A DNA stretch of 32,000 nucleotides, taken from assembly GCF_000406145.1 (NCBI RefSeq), contig NZ_CM001976.1, positions 4,237,472 through 4,269,471 on the forward strand. Reading direction: 5' to 3'. Source of the DNA: Dickeya dadantii NCPPB 898. GTDB lineage: Bacteria; Pseudomonadota; Gammaproteobacteria; Enterobacterales; Enterobacteriaceae. Made by a program: the position numbers and the translations under genes. Positions 22,981 to 32,000 of the stretch are shown here, in pieces (position 1 is the stretch's first letter; each line of letters starts with the position of its first letter). Below the pieces are notes generated by a model. It did no database searches. It had not been told where the DNA came from and was given only the letters and a program-made list of their open reading frames with translations.

Positions 22981-24021
22981 ATGGCAAATCCTCGTGAAAT
23001 TGTAGAGCTTAGTCATCACATACGAAAAATCGCCAATAACAAGATTGCCGATATCGACCACATCAACCGGGAAACCACGTTTCTCGCCCTGAATGCTCTG
23101 ATTGAGGCGGCACGCGCCGGAGAGGCGGGAAGAGGATTTGCGGTGGTCGCCGCTCAGGTTAAACACGTGGCGTCGCTGATTAACCAAATCACCGCCGACC
23201 TTAATCAGGAACTGGCAGGCTCGCTGTCAAAGCTGACTGAGCTGGGCGACAGCATGATTTCCCGGCTACACGAGCATGAAAGCGGGCGCCATGTCGATCA
23301 GGCATTGAATATGATCGACATTATCGATCGCAACCTGTACGAGCGCTCCTGCGACGTGCGCTGGTGGGCGACGGACACCGCGGTGGTCGCCTGCGCCGCC
23401 CATCCGGGTCACGCCGAGCGGCAATACGCCTCGCACCGGCTGTCGGTCATTCTGGCGAGCTATACCGTGTATCTGGATTTGTGGGTAACCGACCTGAACG
23501 GTACGGTGCTGGCGAACGGACGCGGGCAGGATTACGACGTCACCGGCCGCAACGTCTCCGACCTTGCCATTTTCCGGCGGGCGAAAGCGACGAAAAACGG
23601 CACCGACTATGTGGCGGCGGATATCCAGAAAATCGCGCTGTTGCGTAATGCGGCGGTCGCTACCTACGCCACGGCGATTCGTGAAAACGGCGATGAACAT
23701 GGCCGCCCGGTCGGCGTACTGCTGATTTTCTTCGACTGGGCGCCGCAGGCCACGACGGTGGTTCGAAATGTGCGCCTGACGGACGAGGAGTGGCGGCATA
23801 CGCGCTGCCTGATTGTGGATTCAGCGTCGCGCGTCATCGCCAGTTCCGATGACGCGACGCCACTGGGCGAGCACTTTCCGTTACGCACGGAAGGAAAAGC
23901 GTCCGGGTACTATCAAACCGACGGCAGAACCCTGTCTTTCGCGCTGACGCCAGGCTATGAAAGCTACCGGGGCCTGGGCTGGTACGGCGTGATCGAACAG
24001 CGAACGAACACGCCGACATAA
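22981..24021 (+). CDS. Soluble protein with an N-terminal MCP signalling-tip motif and a C-terminal Cache/PDC-like sensor region
   Basis: Residues 30-65 read [37 protein letters not shown], a near-canonical chemoreceptor hairpin tip. No hydrophobic TM segment or signal peptide is visible. Residues from about 110 to the end show Cache-like patterns: [34 protein letters not shown]...[26 protein letters not shown] and [10 protein letters not shown]. The start could instead be the GTG at 22951, which sits on a GGGAGG. Confidence 0.7.
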   Translation: MANPREIVELSHHIRKIANNKIADIDHINRETTFLALNALIEAARAGEAGRGFAVVAAQVKHVASLINQITADLNQELAGSLSKLTELGDSMISRLHEHESGRHVDQALNMIDIIDRNLYERSCDVRWWATDTAVVACAAHPGHAERQYASHRLSVILASYTVYLDLWVTDLNGTVLANGRGQDYDVTGRNVSDLAIFRRAKATKNGTDYVAADIQKIALLRNAAVATYATAIRENGDEHGRPVGVLLIFFDWAPQATTVVRNVRLTDEEWRHTRCLIVDSASRVIASSDDATPLGEHFPLRTEGKASGYYQTDGRTLSFALTPGYESYRGLGWYGVIEQRTNTPT

Positions 24022-24026
24022 AACGT

Positions 24027-24057
24027 CGGGCGACGGCAAACACATCGTCGTCGCCCG
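24027..24057 (-). terminator. Hairpin between the convergent MCP-like gene and yjbB
   Basis: CGGGCGACG (24027-24035) pairs with CGTCGCCCG (24049-24057). On the minus strand the stem is followed by ACGTTTTA. Confidence 0.4.
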
Positions 24058-24071
24058 CCTCTTAGCATGGC

Positions 24072-25718
24072 TTACATGGAGACGGAGGACTCTTCCCGCC
24101 CTTCGTCCTCTTCTTCCATCATCATCAGCACGTTGTAAGCCACCGCGCAAAACAGCGAGTTCAGCCGGTTCATGTCGCCCAGCAGTCCGAGGTGCAGCGA
24201 ACTGGTTTCCAGGCTCTGCACGTTTTGCTGGTGCAGCCTGTCGACATGCGCGTGGGAATAACGCCGGTTCAGAATGCGGAAACGATGCTTGGCGCGGCGC
24301 AACCGTCTGGCGCTGGTCACGTCCGACGACAGGAACACCGACATTCCCAGCCGCAGGTTGCTCATCAGTTGCTCGTACAGGGTATTGAGTTCGTCCTGCC
24401 CGGCGGTCGAAAAACCGCGCAGCCCATCCGGCGCATGCGCGTCGAGATCGCAGACCACCCGCTCGATGATATCGCCGGCCTGTTCCAGATTGAGCGCCAT
24501 TTCAATCACTTCCGCCCAGCGCCGTGAATCGCGCTCGTGCAGCCCGGCCTTTTCAATCTGCGCCAGATAGAGCTTGATGGCGTTGTAGAGCACGTCCACG
24601 TCGTCATCCAGCTTACGGATTTCGCGCACCTGCTGGTGCTCGCCCCGCAGCGTGTTTTGAAACATTTTCAGCATCTGTTCGATCACATCGCCGATGCGCA
24701 GCGTCTCCCGCGCCGCGTTAGCCAGCGCCAGCGTCGGCGTATCGAGCGCGCTGACATCCAGATGACGAGGGCGCAATCGCGGGTCGAGCTCCGGCTCAAC
24801 CCGCACCAGATTGCCGCACAGCTCCGCCATACGCTCGGCAAACGGCAACAGCAGCAGGCAGCGCACCAGGTTGTAAAACAGGTGGAAGTAAATCACCCGT
24901 TCTTCATCCGGCAACGGCACCGCTTCCATTCCGTCCGCCAGATAACCGATGGCCGGCAACGCCGGCAGACAACCAATCAGTTTGAAGAACATGCTCCCCA
25001 GCGCCACCTGCCGCGCCGCCGCGCCCTGTGTGCTGGCGTTCGCCAGCGCCAGAATGCCGCTGCCCAGATTAGCGCCGATCACCAGACACAACGCCACATC
25101 CAGAGAGATCACATGGCTGGCGGTCAGGGTGGCGGTCAGCAGCACCGCCGCCAGGCTGGAATAACTCACAATGGCGAACACCGCGCCAACCAACGCATCC
25201 AGCATCACATCGCCCGTCAGCGAGGAAAACAGCACCTTAACCCCGGCGGTCTGGGTGATCGGCGTCGCCGAATCCACAATCAACTCCAGCGCCAGCAGAA
25301 TCAGCCCCAACCCGATGGCAATCCGCCCCAGCTGTCCGGCGCGGGTCTGCTTGCAACTGAGGAAAAAGATAACCCCGAGGAAAATCAGCAAGGGCGACAG
25401 CCAGGAGAGATCAAACGTCAGCACGCGCACCATCAGCGCGGTGCCGACATCCGCACCCAGAATAATCACCAGCGCCGGCGCCAGCGCAATCAACCCCTGC
25501 GAGACAAAGGAGATCGCGAGCAGCGCGGTGGCGTTGCTGCTCTGCACCAGCGCAGTCACGCCGATGCCGGCGAGAAAGGCCAGCGGCTTACGGCTCACGC
25601 TATCGCTGATCGTTCGCCGCAGACGGGCGCCGTACACCCGCATAATCCCGGTACGAACAATATGCGTACCCCAGACCAGCAACGCGATGGCAGACAATAA
25701 ATGCAGCAGCGTCAACAC
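24072..25718 (-). CDS. yjbB: Na/Pi-cotransporter family protein with C-terminal PhoU-like repeats (YjbB)
   Basis: The GTG start is preceded by GGGAGG. The translation MLTLLHLLSAIALLVWGTHIVRTGIMRVYGARLR...RRLRRAKHRFRILNRRYSHAHVDRLHQQNVQSLETSSLHLGLLGDM is colinear with E. coli YjbB. Confidence 0.93.
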   Translation of the reverse strand: MLTLLHLLSAIALLVWGTHIVRTGIMRVYGARLRRTISDSVSRKPLAFLAGIGVTALVQSSNATALLAISFVSQGLIALAPALVIILGADVGTALMVRVLTFDLSWLSPLLIFLGVIFFLSCKQTRAGQLGRIAIGLGLILLALELIVDSATPITQTAGVKVLFSSLTGDVMLDALVGAVFAIVSYSSLAAVLLTATLTASHVISLDVALCLVIGANLGSGILALANASTQGAAARQVALGSMFFKLIGCLPALPAIGYLADGMEAVPLPDEERVIYFHLFYNLVRCLLLLPFAERMAELCGNLVRVEPELDPRLRPRHLDVSALDTPTLALANAARETLRIGDVIEQMLKMFQNTLRGEHQQVREIRKLDDDVDVLYNAIKLYLAQIEKAGLHERDSRRWAEVIEMALNLEQAGDIIERVVCDLDAHAPDGLRGFSTAGQDELNTLYEQLMSNLRLGMSVFLSSDVTSARRLRRAKHRFRILNRRYSHAHVDRLHQQNVQSLETSSLHLGLLGDMNRLNSLFCAVAYNVLMMMEEEDEGREESSVSM

Positions 25719-25751
25719 GGAACTGAGCCTCCCTCAGTCAAAATGGTTAGA

Positions 25752-25793
25752 GAAAAATAGCTATAGAAAAATAGTTATGGAAAAAATGGCATT
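25752..25793. repeat. Three degenerate 14 nt tandem units 34 nt upstream of the yjbB start
   Basis: The units are GAAAAATAGCTATA (25752-25765), GAAAAATAGTTATG (25766-25779) and GAAAAAATGGCATT (25780-25793). Confidence 0.7.
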
Positions 25794-25840
25794 CCCGCGC
25801 ACAAACCCGGTGTACGTCTCACTTGCGCCCGGTTTTAAGT

Positions 25841-25862
25841 CTGACATCTTACTGACATCTTA
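25841..25862 (+). repeat. Perfect 2 x 11 nt direct repeat CTGACATCTTA, with Pho-box-like geometry
   Basis: CTGACATCTTA occurs at 25841-25851 and 25852-25862. This places 7-mers CTGACAT at 11 bp spacing. The PhoB box consensus is CTGTCAT-N4-CTGTCAT. Confidence 0.8.
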
Positions 25863-26043
25863 TCTGTTCTTGAGTGGGTCAGCGGGTGTAAATAAGGGTA
25901 ATTTTTTTAAAATCACGGCCTAAATCAATAACCGAGCGTATTTCCCCCACTCGGTACGTTTCTGGCGTTATGCTTCGTCCATCAGCCGTTTCGCCCGACA
26001 TTGGCGACGGCATCCTCTTCAGACCTGAGTCAAGGATATACGG

Positions 26044-27498
26044 ATGAAGACCAAAACCGCATATGGCCTGAACTGGCTGGCGCTGCTCATCATTGTGATT
26101 GTGACCGCCTTTTTCTGGCAACTGACGCCGCCAACCGGGCTAAAACCCGCCGCCTGGCACTCCGCCGTACTGTTTGTCGCCACCATCATCAGCATCGTGG
26201 CGAACGTGTTGCCGATCGGCGCCATCGGTATCATCAGTATTACGCTGTTCGCCCTCACCTACGCCGCCGGCGACACCAGCGCCAGCGCCTCCATTCAGAC
26301 CGCGTTGAGCGACCTTAACAGCTCGCTGATCTGGCTGATTGTAGTGGCGTTCATGATCGCCCGCGGTTTTATCAAAACCGGCTTGGGCCGTCGCATCGCC
26401 TTACAAATGATCCGCCTGTTGGGCAAACGCACGTTAGGGCTGGCTTACGGTCTGGCGTTCGCCGATCTGGTGCTATCGCCCGCCATGCCCAGCAACACCG
26501 CCCGCTGCGGCGGGGTGATTTACCCGATTGCCGATTCGCTGGCGCGCAGTTTTGACTCCAAACCGGAAGACGCCTCCCGCAGCAAAATCGGTACCTTTCT
26601 GGTGACCTGTATCGGCAACGTCAACGACGTCACCGCCGCGCTGTTCATGACCGGTTACACCGGTAACCTGCTGGCGGTGAAACTGGCGGCCAACGCCGGC
26701 ATCACCATCACCTGGGGCAGTTGGTTCATCGCCGCCGTGGTGCCCTGCGTGATTTCTCTGCTGCTGGTGCCGCTGTGCGTCTACATGCTGGCGAAACCGG
26801 AAATTCGCCATACGCCGGACGCACCGAAACTGGCGGTTGCCGAACTGGAAAAAATGGGAAGCATGTCGCGCGGCGAGTGGCTGATGGCCGCCACCGTGGT
26901 GATTCTGCTGGTGCTGTGGATTTTCGGCGATCTGCTGGGCGTCGACGCCACCACCGCCTCGTTTGTCGGCCTCTCCTTCCTGCTGCTGACCGGCGTATTA
27001 AGCTGGGAAGATATCAAGAGCGAGAAAGGCGCATGGGATACGCTAATCTGGTTCGCCGCATTGCTGATGATGGCTAACCAGTTGAAGAAACTGGGCTTCA
27101 CTACCTGGTTTGGCGACCTGATCGGCAACAGCATCGGTCACCTGATGCAGGACACCAGCTGGGTGCTGGTGCTGCTATTGCTTAACGCCGCCTACTTCTA
27201 CACCCACTACTTTTTCGCCAGCGGCAACGCCCAGATCGCGGCGCTGTACGCGGTGTTCCTCGGCGTGGGCATTAACCTGCACATCCCGGCGGCGCCGATG
27301 GCGCTGATGCTGGCGTTCACCAGCAGCCTGTACTGCTCGCTGACCCAGTACACCCACGCCCGCGGCCCGATTCTGTTCGGCGCCGGCTACGTACCCACCG
27401 CCGTCTGGTGGCGCACCGGCTTTGTCATCAGCCTGATCAATCAGGCGATCTTTATGTCCGCCGGTCTGTTGTGGTGGAAGGTGATCGGGCTTTACTGA
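26044..27498 (+). CDS. DASS-family (divalent anion:Na+ symporter / dicarboxylate exchanger) transporter; substrate unknown
   Basis: This 484 aa polytopic protein carries family motifs: WLIVVAFMIARGFIKTGLGRRIAL and the SPAMPSNTARCGGVIYPI hairpin motif. It resembles TtdT/CitT/YbhI/YflS-type proteins. The ATG is preceded by AAGGA. Confidence 0.85.
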   Translation: MKTKTAYGLNWLALLIIVIVTAFFWQLTPPTGLKPAAWHSAVLFVATIISIVANVLPIGAIGIISITLFALTYAAGDTSASASIQTALSDLNSSLIWLIVVAFMIARGFIKTGLGRRIALQMIRLLGKRTLGLAYGLAFADLVLSPAMPSNTARCGGVIYPIADSLARSFDSKPEDASRSKIGTFLVTCIGNVNDVTAALFMTGYTGNLLAVKLAANAGITITWGSWFIAAVVPCVISLLLVPLCVYMLAKPEIRHTPDAPKLAVAELEKMGSMSRGEWLMAATVVILLVLWIFGDLLGVDATTASFVGLSFLLLTGVLSWEDIKSEKGAWDTLIWFAALLMMANQLKKLGFTTWFGDLIGNSIGHLMQDTSWVLVLLLLNAAYFYTHYFFASGNAQIAALYAVFLGVGINLHIPAAPMALMLAFTSSLYCSLTQYTHARGPILFGAGYVPTAVWWRTGFVISLINQAIFMSAGLLWWKVIGLY

Positions 27499-27513
27499 GC
27501 CTATTCGGCATCG

Positions 27514-27551
27514 AAAAAACACAGGCCGGGATAACCCGGCCTGTGTTTTTT
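27514..27551. terminator. Bidirectional terminator between the convergent DASS gene and metH
   Basis: AAAAAACACAGGCCGGG (27514-27530) pairs with CCCGGCCTGTGTTTTTT (27535-27551) around loop ATAA. Confidence 0.85.
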
Positions 27552-27565
27552 ATTATCCAAATGAA

Positions 27566-30500
27566 TCAGTCCGCATCATACCCCAGATTCGGCGCCAGCC
27601 AGCGCTCGATCTCCTCCACCGGCATTTGCTTGCGAACGGCGTAGTCTTCCACCTGATCGCGCTGGATTTGCGCCACGGCGAAATACTTGCTGTCCGGGTG
27701 GCTGAAGTACCAGCCGGACACCGACGCGCCCGGCCACATGGCATAAGACTCGGTGAGCGTCATACCGACGGTGTTATCCACGTCCAGCAGTTGCCAGATG
27801 GTCGCTTTCTCGGTGTGATCCGGACAGGCCGGGTAACCCGGCGCCGGGCGGATACCCTGATAGTTTTCGCGGATCAGCTCGTCGTTGCCGAGGTTCTCGT
27901 TCGGTGCATAGCCCCAGTGGACCTTGCGCACCCGCTCGTGCAGGTACTCGGCGAAAGCTTCCGCCAGCCGGTCGGCCAGCGCTTTGAGCATAATCTTGTT
28001 GTAGTCGTCGTGCTGCGCTTCCCATTGTGCGGCCAGTTCGTCCTCTTCCAGCCCGCCGGTCACCGCGAACGCACCGAGGTAATCCGGCTTGCCGCTGGCT
28101 TTTGGCGCCACAACATCCGCCAGACAGTAGTTGGGAAAATCGGTCTTTTCGGTTTGCTGGCGCAGATGATGGCTGACGGTCAGCACCTCGGTGCGACGCT
28201 CGTCGGTATAGATTTCGATGTCATCGCCCACCCGGTTGGCCGGAAACAGCCCTACGACCCCACGCGGATTCAGCGTGCCGTTGGCTGACAAGGTATCCAG
28301 CATGGCGTTAGCGTCGGCAAACAGACGCTTGGCCTCTTCGCCCACCACCTCGTCTTCAAGAATGTTGGGGTATTTGCCCGCCAGCGACCAGGTCATAAAG
28401 AACGGCGTCCAGTCGATGTAAGTACGCAATGTCTCGATGCCGGCGGAAACCGATTGCACGCCGAGGCGGTGCGCCACCGGCGGCGTATAGCTATCCCAGT
28501 CGATCGGCATGGCGTTGTCGCGCGCCACGCTCAGCGACACCGGCGGCGTGCGCGGTTTTTTGCGGCCGTGCTGGATACGCACCGTCTCGTATTCTTTGCG
28601 GATGCGCGCCACAAAGTCGCCGCGTTGGGTATCCGATAACAGCGCCGACACTACGCCCACCGAACGCGACGCATTCTGCACGTATACCGTCGGGCCGCTG
28701 TAATTCTGCTCGATCTTCACCGCGGTGTGCGCCTTGGAGGTGGTGGCGCCGCCGATCAACAACGGCAGCGTAAAACCCTGGCGCTCCATCTCTTTGGCGA
28801 CGTTGACCATTTCGTCCAGCGACGGGGTAATCAACCCCGACAGGCCGATGATATCGACCTTCTCTTCGCGGGCGGTCTTGAGGATCTTGTCGGTCGGCAC
28901 CATCACGCCTAAATCGATAATCTCGTAGTTGTTGCACTGCAATACCACGCCGACGATGTTTTTACCGATATCGTGTACGTCGCCCTTCACCGTCGCCAGC
29001 AGAATCTTGCCGGCGCTGGAGCCCTGGTCTTTGCTGGCCTGAATGAACGGTTCCAGATACGCCACCGCCTGCTTCATCACCCGCGCCGACTTCACCACCT
29101 GCGGCAGGAACATCTTACCGGCGCCGAACAGATCGCCGACCACGTTCATGCCGTCCATCAGCGGCCCTTCGATCACTTCGATCGGGCGGGCTGACTGCGC
29201 CCGCGCCTCTTCGGTGTCCTGCTCGATAAATTCGGTAATGCCTTTGACCAGCGCGTATTCCAGCCGTTTTCTCACCGGCCAGCCGCGCCATTCGGCCTCG
29301 GCTTTATTGCTGTCGTCGTCTGATTTACTACCGCGATACTTCTCGGCAATCGCCAGCATCCGTTCGGTGCCATCGTCGCGCCGGTTGAGAATGACGTCTT
29401 CCACCGCGTCGCGCAGCTCGGCGGGCAAATCGTCGTAGATCGCCAACTGACCGGCGTTGACGATGCCCATGTCCATGCCGTTGCGGATGGCGTAATACAG
29501 GAACACGGCGTGAATCGCCTCGCGCACCGGCTCGTTGCCACGAAACGAGAATGACACGTTGGACACACCGCCGGAAATCATCGCGTGCGGCAGTTGGGCT
29601 TTGATGTCGGCGCAGGCCTCGATAAAGTCCACCGCATAATTATTGTGTTCATCAATACCGGTGGCGACGGCGAAAATGTTCGGGTCGAAAATGATGTCTT
29701 CCGGCGGAAAACCGACCTCTTCGGTCAGTATGTGGTAGGCGCGGCGGCAAATCTCAATCTTGCGCGCGCGGGTATCCGCCTGCCCCACTTCGTCAAACGC
29801 CATCACCACCACCGCGGCACCGTAACGGCGCACCAGTCGGGCATGATGCACAAAGGCGTCCACGCCTTCTTTCATGGAGATGGAGTTGACGATGCCTTTG
29901 CCCTGAATGCACTTCAGCCCGGCTTCCACTACCTCCCACTTGGAGGAGTCGATCATGATCGGCACGCGGGCGATATCCGGCTCGCCGGCGATCAGATTAA
30001 GGAAACGCACCATCGCCGCTTCGGCGTTGAGCATGCCCTCGTCCATGTTGATGTCGATGACCTGCGCGCCGCTTTCTACCTGCTGACGCGCCACGTCCAG
30101 CGCTTCGTTGTACTTTTCTTCTTTGATCAGGCGTTTGAATTTAGCGGAGCCAGTGACGTTGGTGCGTTCGCCAACGTTAACGAACAGCGTGTCATCGCCG
30201 ATGTTCAGCGGTTCCAGCCCGGACAGACGGCAGGCTACCGGCAACGTCGGCAAGGCACGCGGCGCCACGCCGTCAACGGCTTTGACCATCGCGGCGATGT
30301 GCTCAGGCGTGGTGCCGCAGCACCCGCCGATAATATTCAGGAAACCGGACTGCGCCCATTCACCGATTTGACGCGCCATTTCGTCAGCGTCCAGATCGTA
30401 TTCGCCGAAGGCATTCGGCAAACCGGCGTTGGGGTGTGCGGTCACATAGCACTCGGCGATGCGCGACAGCTCCGCCACGTACTGACGCAGTTCGTCCGGC

Positions 30501-31252
30501 CCCAGCGCGCAGTTAAGGCCGAACGACAACGGCCGGGCGTGGCGCAACGAGTTATAAAACGCTTCGGTGGTCTGCCCGGATAGGGTTCGGCCGGAGGCGT
30601 CGGTAATGGTGCCGGAGAGCATCACCGGCAGCGTGACGCCCAACGCCTCGAATTCGGTTTCCACCGCGAAAATGGCGGCTTTGGCGTTCAGGGTATCAAA
30701 GATGGTTTCGATTAGGATGATATCAACGCCGCCTTCAACCAACGCGCGGGTCGATTCGCGGTACGCTTCCACCAGTTGGTCGAAGCTAACATTACGGTAC
30801 GCCGGGTCGTTCACGTCCGGCGAGATCGACGCGGTGCGGTTGGTCGGCCCCAGCACCCCGGCGACATAGCGCGGACGCTCCGGCGTGCGTGCCGTCCACT
30901 CGTCGGCGCAGGCGCGCGCCAGCCGGGCAGCGGCGGTATTGATTTCCGCCGACAGCGCTTCCATCTCGTAGTCGGCCATCGCGATGCGGGTGGCGTTGAA
31001 GGTGTTGGTTTCCAGAATATCCGCGCCCGCCGCCAGATAATCGTTATGAATGGCGGTGATCACCTCCGGCTTACTCAGCACCAGCAGGTCATTATTGCCT
31101 TTCAGGTCGCAGTGCCAGTCGGCAAAGCGCTCGCCGCGGTAATCCTCTTCCTGCAGACGGTAACTCTGGATCATGGTGCCCATGCCGCCGTCCAGAATCA
31201 TAATGCGTTGCGCCAGTTGCTGCTGTAATGCCTGTAACCGATTTGCCATCAT
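27566..31252 (-). CDS. metH: Cobalamin-dependent methionine synthase
   Basis: The N-terminus is [33 protein letters not shown]. The B12-binding motif [12 protein letters not shown] is present, and the C-terminus is ...[13 protein letters not shown]. The protein is about 1228 aa and colinear with E. coli MetH. The tracked ORF start at 31360 adds 36 non-homologous residues. Confidence 0.97.
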   Translation of the reverse strand: MMANRLQALQQQLAQRIMILDGGMGTMIQSYRLQEEDYRGERFADWHCDLKGNNDLLVLSKPEVITAIHNDYLAAGADILETNTFNATRIAMADYEMEALSAEINTAAARLARACADEWTARTPERPRYVAGVLGPTNRTASISPDVNDPAYRNVSFDQLVEAYRESTRALVEGGVDIILIETIFDTLNAKAAIFAVETEFEALGVTLPVMLSGTITDASGRTLSGQTTEAFYNSLRHARPLSFGLNCALGPDELRQYVAELSRIAECYVTAHPNAGLPNAFGEYDLDADEMARQIGEWAQSGFLNIIGGCCGTTPEHIAAMVKAVDGVAPRALPTLPVACRLSGLEPLNIGDDTLFVNVGERTNVTGSAKFKRLIKEEKYNEALDVARQQVESGAQVIDINMDEGMLNAEAAMVRFLNLIAGEPDIARVPIMIDSSKWEVVEAGLKCIQGKGIVNSISMKEGVDAFVHHARLVRRYGAAVVVMAFDEVGQADTRARKIEICRRAYHILTEEVGFPPEDIIFDPNIFAVATGIDEHNNYAVDFIEACADIKAQLPHAMISGGVSNVSFSFRGNEPVREAIHAVFLYYAIRNGMDMGIVNAGQLAIYDDLPAELRDAVEDVILNRRDDGTERMLAIAEKYRGSKSDDDSNKAEAEWRGWPVRKRLEYALVKGITEFIEQDTEEARAQSARPIEVIEGPLMDGMNVVGDLFGAGKMFLPQVVKSARVMKQAVAYLEPFIQASKDQGSSAGKILLATVKGDVHDIGKNIVGVVLQCNNYEIIDLGVMVPTDKILKTAREEKVDIIGLSGLITPSLDEMVNVAKEMERQGFTLPLLIGGATTSKAHTAVKIEQNYSGPTVYVQNASRSVGVVSALLSDTQRGDFVARIRKEYETVRIQHGRKKPRTPPVSLSVARDNAMPIDWDSYTPPVAHRLGVQSVSAGIETLRTYIDWTPFFMTWSLAGKYPNILEDEVVGEEAKRLFADANAMLDTLSANGTLNPRGVVGLFPANRVGDDIEIYTDERRTEVLTVSHHLRQQTEKTDFPNYCLADVVAPKASGKPDYLGAFAVTGGLEEDELAAQWEAQHDDYNKIMLKALADRLAEAFAEYLHERVRKVHWGYAPNENLGNDELIRENYQGIRPAPGYPACPDHTEKATIWQLLDVDNTVGMTLTESYAMWPGASVSGWYFSHPDSKYFAVAQIQRDQVEDYAVRKQMPVEEIERWLAPNLGYDAD

Positions 31253-31413
31253 CTTATTCTCGTTATCACCCTCGTCTGTGCGAACCTTTATCCTAGCACA
31301 ACAGCCCGCCGCGCCAGCGCAGTACGCTGTTGATAAAACCGCCTGACAAGACGGTTGCATTCTGCGCTAAAAAAACGAAAATCGATTCCATGATATGAAA
31401 AAGGAAATCGACG

Positions 31414-32000
31414 ATGACACCACCCGAAGCCGCCAAACGCGGCAAAAAACCCCGCGCTGCCGGCGCCAGCCCCGCTCAGCCTGCCGGGCAGGTACAGTCG
31501 CTGACACGCGGGCTGACGCTGCTGGAATACATCGCCAAAGCCAACGGCAGCATCGCGCTGACCGATCTGGCTCAACAGGCGGGCTTGCCCAACTCCACCA
31601 CCCACCGGTTACTGACTACCATGCAACAGCAGGGGTTCGTGCGCCAGGTCGGCGATTTGGGATTGTGGACCATCGGCACCCATGCTTTTATCGTCGGCAG
31701 CAGCTTTCTGCAAAGCCGTAATCTGCTCAGTCTGGTGCACCCGATGTTGCGTCAGTTGATGGAGAGTTCCGGAGAGACGGTGAATCTGGCGGTGCTGGAT
31801 CAGAGTGATTATCAGGCCATTATCATCGATCAGGTGCAGTGTACCGCGTTGATGCGCATGTCCGCGCCGATCGGCGGCAAACTGCCGATGCACGCGTCCG
31901 GCGCCGGCAAAGCGTTCCTCGCCATGCTACCGGACGACAACATCACCCAACTGCTGCACCGCAAAGGGCTGCATAGCTATACCCCGCATACCCTCAGTGC
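31414..32000 (+). CDS. iclR: IclR transcriptional repressor, 3' end outside the window
   Basis: This gene is absent from the ORF track because it has no stop within the window. The ATG at 31414 is preceded by AAGGA. The translation MTPPEAAKRGKKPRAAGASPAQPAGQVQSLTRGLTLLEYIAKANGSIALTDLAQQAGLPNSTTHRLLTTMQQQGFVRQVG...GGKLPMHASGAGKAFLA is colinear with E. coli IclR. It is divergent to metH, as in E. coli. Confidence 0.93.
   Translation, partial: MTPPEAAKRGKKPRAAGASPAQPAGQVQSLTRGLTLLEYIAKANGSIALTDLAQQAGLPNSTTHRLLTTMQQQGFVRQVGDLGLWTIGTHAFIVGSSFLQSRNLLSLVHPMLRQLMESSGETVNLAVLDQSDYQAIIIDQVQCTALMRMSAPIGGKLPMHASGAGKAFLAMLPDDNITQLLHRKGLHSYTPHTLS

Noticed and set aside
31253-31413. I looked for MetR or IclR operator sites in the metH-iclR spacer. 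Candidates were the palindrome AATCGATT at about 31379-31386 and the imperfect inverted repeat CGATTCC...GGAAATCG.
   Set aside because: I could not match either to a consensus I trust from memory (MetR TGAA-N5-TTCA is absent). Calling an operator here would be guesswork.
31395-31721. The tracked 108 aa ORF MKKEIDDDTTRSRQ... lies just upstream of and overlapping iclR.
   Set aside because: It is the wrong frame of iclR. The frame starting at 31414 gives a full-length colinear match to IclR and stays open to the window edge, which explains its absence from the ORF track.

Overview
This is a chromosomal, mostly core-genome window from a GC-rich enterobacterium. A Pectobacteriaceae or Dickeya-like host is only my guess, based on composition and protein similarity. 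Gene content and order reproduce two E. coli K-12 neighbourhoods that are fused here. The first is glyV-orn-rsgA-psd-mscM-epmA-frdABCD-blc-efp-epmB-yjeI and the second is pgi-lysC-yjbB-metH-iclR. I can support 24 protein genes, one of them (nifJ/ydbK) frameshifted. I also support one tRNA-Gly(GCC) with a stringent-type promoter, a lysine riboswitch ahead of lysC, an FNR-type promoter candidate ahead of frdA, and several hairpin terminators. I saw no transposase, integrase, phage, CRISPR or recognisable defence genes, and nothing I can call a new multi-gene system. Four genes differ from the E. coli layout: a secreted GH26 mannanase, a DUF486/DMT membrane protein, a DASS anion transporter, and a soluble protein with an inverted chemoreceptor architecture. 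That last protein has an MCP hairpin-tip motif at its extreme N-terminus followed by a Cache-like sensor, and it is the most unusual single gene. The other non-obvious signal is a recurrent set of short tandem repeats (11-16 nt period, 2-4 copies). They are confined to intergenic DNA between 19.0 and 25.9 kb, and several abut a start codon, a stop codon or a promoter -35 element. The many long ORFs antisense to the real genes are GC-driven artefacts.
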